IMG/VR virus record: IMGVR_UViG_3300037400_001273
Span: 1 to 64,000 of that record
DNA from: a virus
Lineage: Duplodnaviria; Caudoviricetes
DNA length: 64,000 bases
Strand: one strand, 5' to 3'
The position numbers were made by a program, and so were the translations under genes. Positions 45,633-57,000 of the stretch are shown here, piece after piece (position 1 is the first letter of the stretch; each line of letters begins with the position of its first letter). The notes beneath the pieces were generated by a model. That model was not told where the DNA came from. It saw nothing but the letters and a program-made list of their open reading frames with translations, and did not search any database.

Positions 45633-48600
45633 TTATCTAATACTCTGTATAAAACCTGCAAGACTATAACCTATGGTTGTATAGCTGACTCTTGGGTGCT
45701 GTCCGTCACCAGCCCATACCTCCTTATTAGCATAAGAATAACCATTAGGATAACCATCGAATGGATTTGACTCCGTGATAGTGTATGAGTTTTCACTATC
45801 TATCAGGTGTGCAGTATCAACGACATAGATAAGTTCTGCCTCCCTCTTGTCGTAGTTATCGATTATGAACTTCCTATGCTTGAACATTCTTCTATGAACA
45901 TCCAATCTTTGATAGTGATTGACATTTGGATGTGTCACTGTGTTTGGGCATAGAACTACGAATTTGCCAGTAGGATTAACTGAGTGGTAAGATGCTATAA
46001 CAGCATCTAATTGTGACTTCCATATTGCCAAATTCTCATCAGTTGGCTGAAAGTTCACCCAGAAATCGTTCACGCCAAGATATACACAGAATATGTCTGC
46101 TGTGTCAATAGACCACATGGATAGGTACTTAGAATAATTCCATTCCCATGTGTAGTATTCTTTTACTGCTTCTACATTAGCAGCGACTTGAACCCATGAG
46201 CCACTTTGATACTCTTTGAACACACTATTTGTAGAGTCGTATATTACATCACCTTCTATTGGACTTACAGGGAAACCATCTGAGCCACATAAAGAAGCAT
46301 AGTGCGTGTATCTCTGCCCATAACCTGTAGGACTGCCACCACATACATTTTTCCAGAATGCTGTATTACCCCAATATCTATGATTTCCTTGTGGATGATA
46401 GAATGGGTTGAAATAGTTTGCATTAGTCTGAACAGTAAAGAAGGAGTTGAGAGTCCATCCTGCACGTCCATCTAATCGTTGATTTGCCAAAGCACCTGTA
46501 TTGACAGAGCGAGTGCCTACCATTTGCAGATTTGGTACTTTGGTTGTGTCTAACAAAGTTGGAGTAAAACATCCTCCGTCTGTATAGCTATCGCCCATTA
46601 TACCAATCTTAATCTGAGAACTTCCACTACCAGCAGTTCCTTTGACAAGAAAAGACTTCTTTTCGAGGATGAAAGTTTCTTTCTCATCATCATACACTTT
46701 AAGCGTGACAGATGTAGGCTCTGCCGTGTTGGTGTTCAAAGTCAGAACTCTTTTGATTGCCTTAACATAACTTCTGTAAGAAGGACTTGTATCAGCGCGA
46801 ATATCATAACGATAAGGGTTCCATATCCTTAGAATTGGCTCATAGAATATATCGAAGTTTACGCCTGAGAGGATGTATAGCTTACTTGGCATAACGATTT
46901 GCTGCTTATCAGAAGCATCTTCTTTAGGAATGTAGCTTTCCTTCAGTTTATAGCCATATTCTTGATAGCTTGTTGACTCTTGCCCGTATTCGACTTGCAC
47001 ATTGTTGAAATATGTTTGGTCGCCTTGATATTGCAAACTTATTCTAACATAAGCAGCATTCTGTGGAATGGCAACAGGCATCTCCTTAAAATAAGAAATA
47101 AAGGTCTTATTGGAATCATAGAATGCGTTTGCAGAACCTCCAGTACCATATTTATTTGAAACGATATAAGCATTGCTCGCATCAACAGGTATATAGTCCG
47201 AAGCTGCATAAGCGTCACTACTTGACTCCCGACCTAACGTATTTATGTATTTTCCAAGCGTGACTTTTGTTTTGTCAAATAAGTTTTTTGAAGGCTCAAA
47301 GAAAATAGTTTTATCCTCATTCACAGCTCCATCTGCAAGTTTTTCTGTTGTAATAGAGCCATCTTCGACCTCAAGCATTTCATCGTCAATATATCCACTA
47401 ATAGGATTATACGCAGAGTACTTTCGTTCTGTTCCCTCGTTTAAGCAAGGGTCTGTTACATTATCAAATTGATAGCAACTAATACCGATGTAAGCTGCAT
47501 TATTCGGAGTTGTAAATTGCTTTGTGGTTGTATTTACCGAACTTATAAAACTACTTACATCATTAGATGAGTAGAAGCATATACCACAATCACTAGAACC
47601 TCCTGTTACTAATCCTGACTCAACACCATTCCTAAGACATGACAAGTAATAATCTGTGTTAGGCTTAATAGGAATCAGTGGTACTCTGCAATATTTTCTT
47701 GTTCCATCACCAGAGACAATAGCACCAGTAGATGCTTTATAGTATTTATTTGCTATGGGAGCATCTACTCCGTACCAATCAACAAGATTTTTAGAATTTG
47801 GTTGAACTGCTATTACCTGTTGCACACTTTTTACTCCGTTTGCTCCGATGTTAGTTCCATCATAAGTACCTATACCTTTTATGTATACATTACCGTTTAC
47901 ATCTATTTCAAAGGCATTAGCGCGATGTTCTGCATCTGCTCCTACACCTACAGAGAACTGAGTTACACTTGATGTACTTTGGTTATACTTACCCGATGCA
48001 TGTTCTGCTTCATTAGTTGTTTGAGTGCATTTGCCTTCTGAATGTGAATAATTCCCTGATGCTTCAGTTTGATAACCTTCTGCAAATGAACCTGACTATG
48101 CAGAAGAAGTATTTCCCAAAACATAACCTCCATTAGATTCCGTAACAGGCGAAGATGAAGATGAAGATGAAGATAAACTAGTTTGAATGTCAGAAATTAC
48201 AGTACGTAAAGGTTTAACAGATGCGTTATCACTATTAGCTCCTGTAAATCCACCAACACCATAAATATATGTATCAGCATTTTGTTTTACTTCAATAACA
48301 TTTTGTCTTGATGAATCCTAATCTCCACTACCTAGAGCAAACCAGTTAGCTATAGATGGATCATTACTAATATATTCTTTATTATATTGTCCTATAAAGA
48401 AACCACCTCTACTATTTTCACATACTAATTTTTGTCCAAATAAAAAGGTTGTTGCTGTACCATTTGTGTTAATAAGATTATCAAATCCAATTGAATAACC
48501 ATTAGCATTAATTACATTTTTTCTACCTATAGCATAACCATAAGCATTTAAAGTATTTTCTACACCTATTGCACATGAGTAATTATCAGTTGTATCTTTA

Positions 48601-49676
48601 TTATTATATCCTATTAATGTAGAATAATTACCATTGTTTACATTTTGAGTTCCTATTAATGTAGAATAATTACCATTGTTTACATTTTGAGTTCCAATTG
48701 AAGTTGAATATGTTTTTGAATTATAATTATTTGATCCTATTACATTAGAATAATTACCTGTATTATAACTACCATATCCTAATATAGAACTCCAATCACC
48801 TGTGTTACCAAATACTCCAAAATTAAAACTGTTATTTTTACTTATGTTTTCTAATCTATATAAAACATTAGTTAATGTACCTAAGTCTGTATCTAAAGTT
48901 ATTGATATTTTCTAACCATCAGTATTAGGAGTAACCGCAGTTATTTTAGCAACTTTTTCATAAGTATTAGCATCTAATAAATATGTATCTTTATAGATAT
49001 CTTCAAATATTGGTCTTATCCAATTTGTAGGATCATATGCAGAAGTAGTATCAATTTGTAATTGATAACCATCAGAAGCATTTCCAGATATATAAGCTTT
49101 TGATGCGTTTCCACCAAATCCAAAAGCATATGCTCCTTTACCTACTGTTGCAATGCCTCCAATTAATGAATCTGTTGCAGTAGATTCAACTTCACTTTTC
49201 GAATTAATAATTAAATTATTGTTACTATCTAATGCTAATTTAGAATTAACATTATTATTCAAATCATTTAATGCTGCTGAAACTGCTTTTTCATTAGTAT
49301 CTGTTTTTTCATCTAAATCAGCTAAAGCTGAAGCTGTAGTTTTTTTATTATCATCTACTTTATCATTTAGATTATCTACTTTATCATTTAAATCGTTTAA
49401 TGAAGAAGATGTAGTTTTTTCTAAATCTTCAATATCTTTACCTAAATTATCTGTTTTATCGTTTAAATCATTTAAAGCAACAGCTATAACATTAGAATCT
49501 CCACTTCCATCTAAAAGTGTTTGGTTGATTTCTTTCTGATTTTTTCCAAGAATTTCATCATAAACATCTCCAGCATAAGCTACAACTCCACCTACTTGAC
49601 CATCTCCATCGCCACCTGTAGAATGAAGTGATCCAGGGATGTTTACATTTCCTGTTTTTCCGTTATTTATATTCAT
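45633..49676 (-). CDS. Tail fibre / receptor-binding protein, 1347 aa: coiled coil, YadA-head-like repeats, C-terminal SGNH esterase
   Basis: Joined through TAGs 48912, 48318, 48096; ALNDLN heptads, 14-residue IG repeats, SGNH blocks GDSY, GRAG, GVND, DGQH. Confidence 0.8.
48609..48692. repeat. Exact 42-bp tandem duplication
   Basis: TCCTATTAATGTAGAATAATTACCATTGTTTACATTTTGAGT twice; one 14-aa unit (GTQNVNNGNYSTLI). Confidence 0.95.
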
Positions 49677-49682
49677 ATTTTA

Positions 49683-51743
49683 TCAAGGGTTAAAAGTTAT
49701 ATTTCTTGTTCCTGCTTGTTGTGTACCTGTTAAATATACATAAGCAGTCATTCCATTAATTGTAGTTGATTCTCCATTAACTGTATAAGGATCGTCTGCT
49801 AAACCTCCTACTTGTTTAACTCTTATTCTACTTTGTCCACAAATAAATGCTAATCTTTGATTAGCAGTATAAGTAAATGCTTTATTAGTAATTGTTTTAA
49901 TATTACTAACAGGAGAATCTGGAGAATAAAGATTATCTACTTTCGCAATTTCTGTAATTACTTTAGCTGCTGTATCAATATTAGAATCAACAAGTGCTAT
50001 ATAAATAGGACAAACTTTATTAATAGTAGCAGTTTTACTAATTGATTTAGTATATGGTGCTGCTATTGATGCAGTTAATGTATAAGTTTGAGGTGCAGTT
50101 ACACTATTTTGAATACTAACAGAAGTTTGACCTGACTTTTCTATAGTTTGTCCATTACCTACTAATTTAATAGAAGTAATTTTATCAGCTGTAACTTCTG
50201 GAGGAAGAGAAACTGTACCAGTTGCAGTAACTGTTTTAGGATAACCAGCGTATAAGTTTCCTAATGTAAAACCAATACTACCTGTAATTTGATCAATAAT
50301 TTCTTGTAAGAATCTTGATTCTATTGCAGAAACTCTTGCTTCTAAAGCTGCATTTCCAGCTTCAGAAAGAATTTCTTGTACTGATTTAACTCCTATTCCT
50401 GTTATATTTGTTCCGTCGTAACCACCTGTTCCTTTAATATATAAGTCACCATCTGTGTTTACTTCAAGTGCATTTAATTGACTAGTTTCTCCAATTCCAA
50501 CTGAAAATACAGTTACATCTTCAGTAGATTTATTTCTAGTACCACAAGCAAATTCTCCTTCATTCTTAGTGTTTGTAAATACACCAGAAGCATGAGAATA
50601 ATCTCCTACTGCATTTGTACCTAAACCTTCAGAATGTGAGCCTTGTCCATCAGCTATTCCAGATTCAATATAAATAGTATCTGTAGTTATTAAATCATAT
50701 TCAATTGGAGAATCTAAATATAATTTAACATTATTTTCTACAATTTCTATATCTGTAATAGTTTTTACACTGAAAGAAGCATCAATTGCATTTGAAGATA
50801 AAACTGTTCCTTCATCAATACTATCATATATAGAAGAATCGATATCAATTTCAGTACTATCTGTTGTATAATCAAGTATAACTTCTACAGGAGTAAATGA
50901 TCCATTATCATTTATATAAACATATTCTCCCGCATTTATATTTTCAGCAAAAGGAGCATCAATATCTACAGCAACAAATAGTTGTCCATTTAGATTTCCA
51001 TAACTTTTTGAAACTACATTAACACTTTCAACTTTTTTAGGATAACGTAATTTAGAACCTACTACAATATTTTCATTATTAGCTATAATAATGAAATTAT
51101 CTCCAGCTGTATACGCTTCTTCAAGATTAGAAGATGTATTTAAGCCTTTACCTTCAGAATGAGAATTTTCACCTAAAGCATTAGTATTTAATCCTTCAGA
51201 AAAAGAATTAGCTCCAGATGCTTTATTATTTATATTTGTTTTTAAACCTCCGTTTTCTTCTTTAAATAATCTACTATTTTGTAAATCAGTTATTGAAGAA
51301 TTTATTCCTTCATGATAAGAATCTATTTCAGTTTTTGTATAAAATAAATCCTAATCAATTATATCCTTTATAGGAATTATTATATCTTGTTTGTTTGCAT
51401 CAGTATTAAAACTAATTATCAAACATTTTGTAAGTGTATTATCTATTTCTACGTTATCTACTCGAACACTATTTATAATTCCATCTTTAATAAAAAGAGT
51501 AGCGTCTAGATAACATACTATTGTAGAATCAGAACTTCTAAAATTAATTCTTTTTGTATCAGAATCATAATCAACAGTACTGATTCCAGCGGCAATGTTT
51601 CCTGTGTCAACTAATTTTTGATATAGGTCTTGGTTTATTGCTTCTTGTGTTTTACCCTATATTCTATCGTCAATATCATAAGTATTGACGATACCTTTTC
51701 CAGCCATGCCGCTTGTTAATTGTTGCGTAAGAGTATATGCCAT
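49683..51743 (-). CDS. Tail fibre-like protein, 686 aa (absent from ORF track)
   Basis: TAGs 51657 and 51351; SHSEG/SHASG repeats and YIKGTGGYDGTN module; TGA at 49683. Confidence 0.8.
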
Positions 51744-51744
51744 A

Positions 51745-53040
51745 TTATTTTAAATATAAAGTATCAGCTTGTGCTTTCCAAAGTTCAGTACTACGATAAC
51801 AATTATAACCTTCTAATGTTCCTTTACTAATAAATCCAGCAGGAATAACATCTGCTGCATCGTGGAATATAGAGGTAGGACTAATAGATTTTGTTTGAAT
51901 AATCCAAACGTAAGATGTTGTACTAGGAGTTCTTAAATTATAAGTTTGTCCAGAAACTAATCCATTTGCTTCTACAACTGAACCACCTTCAAGCATTGTA
52001 ATATCTTCAGCTGTAATGTTTTCTTTTGTACTCCATCCAAAGTAAGTTTTCTTAGCATTTAATGTAATACTTGGACTCTTAATAATAGCTGATTCATATC
52101 CAGGGTTTTCAGTTTTAACTTGATATTTTTCAGCATCAGCAGATGTATTAATTGAAATTTCCATTGGACTATTAAATGAAGTCCATGTAGCACCACCATT
52201 AGAAGAATAATAATTAGCTACACCAAACATTTCTGATGGAATTAAATTAATTGTAGCTTGTGTTGAATAGTTATTGTTATTATTATTTCTCTGAACAGTT
52301 ATACCTCCTTCTTTACACTTAGGATAAATTTTAACTTCATATGTATTTTCTGTAGACCACATTCCATTATAAATAGCTTTAACTTTAATTACATATGTTT
52401 TTACAACATTATAAGCATCAAGATTAAATCCACTTTGTAAAGAGAATGAACCACCTGTAATTTGATATTCTCCTCCATCTATAGAATAATATAGAGTAGA
52501 ACCAGCTTTATTATTTGTCACAGTAATACCAACAGATCCTGTAATAATTTTTTGATTTAGATAAACAGCAGAAATAGTAGGAGCAGCTGGAGCAGTTAAT
52601 TTTTCCCAAGCACTACTTACATAAACATCGTTATTTGCAAAAGTAACTTTCATTTTATTTAACTCATTACTCCATTCCATTGTGAAATTATTATTTCCTA
52701 ATGCTTCTAAATCTTCTCTAGTTACATAATTAGCTAAATCTGATTCAGTTAAGAACTCTGATAAATCAAGATCTGCTGTTCTAAGATAATCTCGTAAATC
52801 TTCTATTGTGGCAAAATTTTCTAATAAAATTCCTAAATTTTCTCTTGCAAGACGTTTTTTACGTTCAGTGTTTAGTTCTGCAAGTAATTCAGAAACTTTA
52901 AAATAATTTGAGTCATCTATAACAGTTGAACCTCCTTGGTTTCCGTTATTCTAACTTCCATTTCCACTAAAATCTATTGACTGACCAGGATTTCCATAGA
53001 TTCCTGATCCACAACATTGTTTAACAAAAGTATCATTCAT
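51745..53040 (-). CDS. Fibre/structural protein with beta-sandwich domains, 431 aa
   Basis: Extended through TAG 52951; LAELNTE..KRLARENLGI motif. Confidence 0.65.
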
Positions 53041-53197
53041 AACTTAATAATTTTTCATAAATTAAGAAAGGATTTTTTAATTCGCTTGCAGTTTCTATAA
53101 ATGTTATTTTAGTCAAGATCTTTTGATAATCATCTTGATACCCAACATTTAATCTTTTAAGCAACTTCTAAAAATCAGAAATGACCGAATTTTTCAT
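53033..53197 (-). CDS. Small hypothetical protein, 54 aa
   Basis: MKNSVISDF*KLLKRLNVGYQ (TAG 53168); fills the gap, overlapping both neighbours. Confidence 0.55.
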
Positions 53198-53981
53198 TAC
53201 TTGTATCGCATCCACAACTAACTCCTCCTTTTCCTTTTAATTCTTCTTTACAAAAATTGTTACAACGTGTAAATTGTTCTATAATTCTTTGTGCTTCTAA
53301 GAAACTTCCTAATTCAAGTAAATAAGTTACAACATTAATTACCATCCAAAGTAAATCTCGTTTATAAATTAAATCTTTAAATGCATCAAGATTACAATCT
53401 AACGGACAATACTTGTTTAATAGCTTAGTAGCTATTTTAGTATAACAACGCTTAGTATTACATATTGTAAAAGTTTCATTACAAAGTAAAGAAATTGTAG
53501 ATTCTTCACTTAGTATTTCTTCTGATTCACGATTGAATACATCTGAAAAAGGAACTTGTACTAAACCATCTTCTGTATATTTATATACTTTTAAATTATC
53601 ATATACATAAATATATTCATATGGAATATTATTTATTCCAAATTCTTCAGATACAAGATCGAACCATTCTCTTGTAGGAAGTATAACGTGAACTAATCTA
53701 TATAGTCCATCTTCATCTAATTTAAATTGTGTTTTATCTGGTACATTATAAATCTCTCCATTTTCTGTTTCTTGTAAATGTTGAGATATTTGCATGCTTT
53801 TTAAAGTTTCTTCGTTATCAGAATTAACTTTATACAATACATTAATAGTTACAGTATCAGTATATCTAAAAGATCCAATTCCAATAGATAATTCTTGAGA
53901 ATAACTATTATTATCAAGTTCTTTTCCTGTAACTGTTATTTCACATAAGTGATTTTTACAAATGTCTATTGATGTATTCAT
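53175..53981 (-). CDS. Conserved virion protein with Cys-rich C-terminus
   Basis: ORF track; CNNFC...SCGC. Confidence 0.65.
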   Translation of the reverse strand: MNTSIDICKNHLCEITVTGKELDNNSYSQELSIGIGSFRYTDTVTINVLYKVNSDNEETLKSMQISQHLQETENGEIYNVPDKTQFKLDEDGLYRLVHVILPTREWFDLVSEEFGINNIPYEYIYVYDNLKVYKYTEDGLVQVPFSDVFNRESEEILSEESTISLLCNETFTICNTKRCYTKIATKLLNKYCPLDCNLDAFKDLIYKRDLLWMVINVVTYLLELGSFLEAQRIIEQFTRCNNFCKEELKGKGGVSCGCDTSNEKFGHF

Positions 53982-54055
53982 AATTACATATTTATTGATT
54001 ATTTGTAAAAGTAAATCAAATATTTAAATTTTCAAAGAATAATTTAGACTTATAC

Positions 54056-54087
54056 AAAAAATGGAAGGAAATTACTTCCTTCCATTT
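54056..54087 (-). terminator. Intrinsic terminator
   Basis: Perfect 12-bp stem AAATGGAAGGAA/TTCCTTCCATTT with T-run. Confidence 0.75.
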
Positions 54088-54091
54088 AATT

Positions 54092-57000
54092 TTAATCTAC
54101 TCTTCTAAAATAATCATTAGCTAATGCTGCTAAAATGCCTCTATTAAGTACCTCTTCAAATTTAGTAATTTCAGATTCAGTAAAAAGTATTTTACAACTA
54201 TTTATACTACAAGCCTCTAAACTGTTATAACCATCTTGAGAGACTCTATTATCTAATGATACTTCATAAAATACATTATTTACAAAATATTCACCTAATT
54301 CTATTTGTCTATCGTTTTGATATCTGTATGATTCAGAATAAGGATTCTAAGAATTTATATATGCATTATATTTTTTTAAAATTTCGTTATAACCACGAAA
54401 ACCTACGAATCTTTTTGTATTATTCTTTTCTACAATAAAACAATATCTTTTTTCAGGAAAATCGATTAATACTCCATTATCCATTCTTCTATAGACTCTA
54501 CATCTTCTATATGTTCCTATATTTGTAATTCCACATTTAGTTTTATTATCTATTGTGAAATAAGGCTTATTAGCACTAATTTTATATAATAAATTTCCAG
54601 TAAAATTACCTAATTCAACTACAGGTGTATTATATGAACCATAATTAACAGTAGGCAAACTATATGTAAATGGTTTTGTACTTTCTACTGGTTCATCAGT
54701 AATTACATCAGATAAATCAGGATTACATCCTTTATCTTTAAACGCAATAGTTTTTGTTTTATTACCTTTTAAAGGAACAGTAACAGATTGTGGTGAATTA
54801 TTATAATTAAACTATGTAAAATATTTATTCGAACTAATTCCCGAATAAATTATAGTACCAATAATTTTTAATTCAATTTCAGATTCACATATAAATTTAT
54901 GACTATAAATATTTACAGAATTATCTATAAATTGATAAAAAGTTATTTTATTTGAAAGTTCAAATACATAATCATTAGATGGATTTCCTGTATAAAGAAC
55001 TTCTTCTCTTATAGGATGATCTGTATCTATTTTCCAATATGTTCCGTTATTTCCTGTTAATTTTGTTAAATTTATAACGTACATATCCGTTCCACATCTT
55101 GCTAATAATAAAGGAACTCCATCATCGAAGCCTTGATTATTAAGTATAGCGTGTTCTGGTTTCTAAGAATTATAAATAACTAATTCAATTGAACTATCAG
55201 AATTTTTAGGAGTTACTTTGAAACTTTCTGCATTAACAGCACCTGTAAACGCAGATGTTCTTGCATTAAATTCTATTCTTGAATTTTCACCATCAAGTTT
55301 AATTCCAGCACTATTTAATTCTCCTGTAAGTTTATCTATAGCGTTATTTACACTAAATTCAATACTTTTATTAGTTTGAGAAATGGTACTATATGATTCA
55401 GAAATTGATTCTCGAGAACTAAACTTTAAAGGTGTAGTTCCAGAATTTAACATAGGAGCAGCAAATTCACAAAATACTTTTGAACAACCGTTATGATTTG
55501 TATAAAAGTTATAAACTCTAGAATAAGGTTCAAAACAAAATGCTCTATCTAAATTATCATTACGTTTTGTTAAACTTGTATCCGTATTTTTGTTAACATA
55601 TTCACTACCTGCTTCAAATGTAAACCAAATTTTAAACCATCTGTATCTTATATACTATTCTATATTTATACCAGAATTATCAACATCTCCAAGACTTATA
55701 GTAAATGCTTTATTTAAATAATTTAATAAATTACCCTATCCGAATTTAATCCATAATCCAAATTGATTATTATCAACTGATCCATCCTTAAATCCGTTTC
55801 CTGTTAAATCTCCTTGATTATTAAACTTATATGCTTTTTTGTGTTGAGTATTATAAAGAGTTTCTGAACTCCAATTTTTAACTTCTTCTCCATCAACAAT
55901 AGTATATTCTGTATTTTCTATATCTTCAAGAGAATTTTTTGTAGAAAGAAGAGTAATATAAAAATTAGGAGTTAATTTTGCTAATTCAGATACAAATCCT
56001 ACATTTAACATAAGATTTTGGAAAGAACATCTAAGCTTATCTGAACTAGTAGGAACATCGATAAGTGATGTATATCCTGAATTAAAAACTGCAGGTAATT
56101 TAATATAAAATGATGCTGTATACTTATTACCAGATGTTACTTTTAAATTTGTATATAATCCATAAATGTGTCTTCTATCTTCAACATCTAAATTATTAAT
56201 ATCTGAAGGAGGATTATTATCATATATTATAAATGATTTAATACTCTTTTCTAATACGTTTGAAGAATTCATTTGATAATAATTGTTATTATCATAATAT
56301 TTATTATATACATTAGTAGCTGGATTAAGTATCTTTGTAATATTAGAATAATTAGGATATTCTTTATATCTCTTATGCCAATAACTATAATCGTTTTTAA
56401 ATAAAGGATCATGGAATTTATTAGTTACTGCACCACCTGCACCAACTGTAGAAGCAATAAAATCTTTAGTTTGTTCTATTGTAGAATATCCAGCTAATTT
56501 TCCATCAACTTCAGATGCTACTGTAGAACTAATCATTCCAGGAACAATATTTTGTACAGCAGTATTTATTGTATTACCTAATCCATCTGCTGTAGTTTGA
56601 AGTTCACTTACTTGTGATTTAATACCATCAGCAGTTTGTTTAATATTACTTACTGCTACACTATTTGGAATACCAAATTTTACAGTAAATGGTTTAGTTT
56701 TAAAATCAGCCAAAGCTGGAGTATAATCGTTTTCAGCTTTTTTAATTACAATTGCTAAGAAACCTATTTTATTATTTCCAAAATGTAAAGGTTCTAATTT
56801 TGAACCTTCAATAGATTCAGAATAAACACAATTAGCAGCAACTTTAAAATTACTATTTGTTGTGTTAGTATTTATAAAATAAAGTTCTGATATTATATAA
56901 TCTGAACTATGTAAAAATAAAGTATAATCAGTATTAGCATTTGGAACTTTTAATTTACAGAAAACAGTACCGTTCCAATTTGAAGAACTTGCAGGAGATA

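Noticed and set aside
14258-46471. Short alternative-frame minus ORFs (14258, 21884, 35284, 36081, 36522, 38030, 46265)
   Set aside because: Nested in real genes, no recognisable features; expected by chance.
53982-54055. Fourth host-type promoter
   Set aside because: TTTG elements are present but no TAnnTTTG at 19-21 nt spacing.
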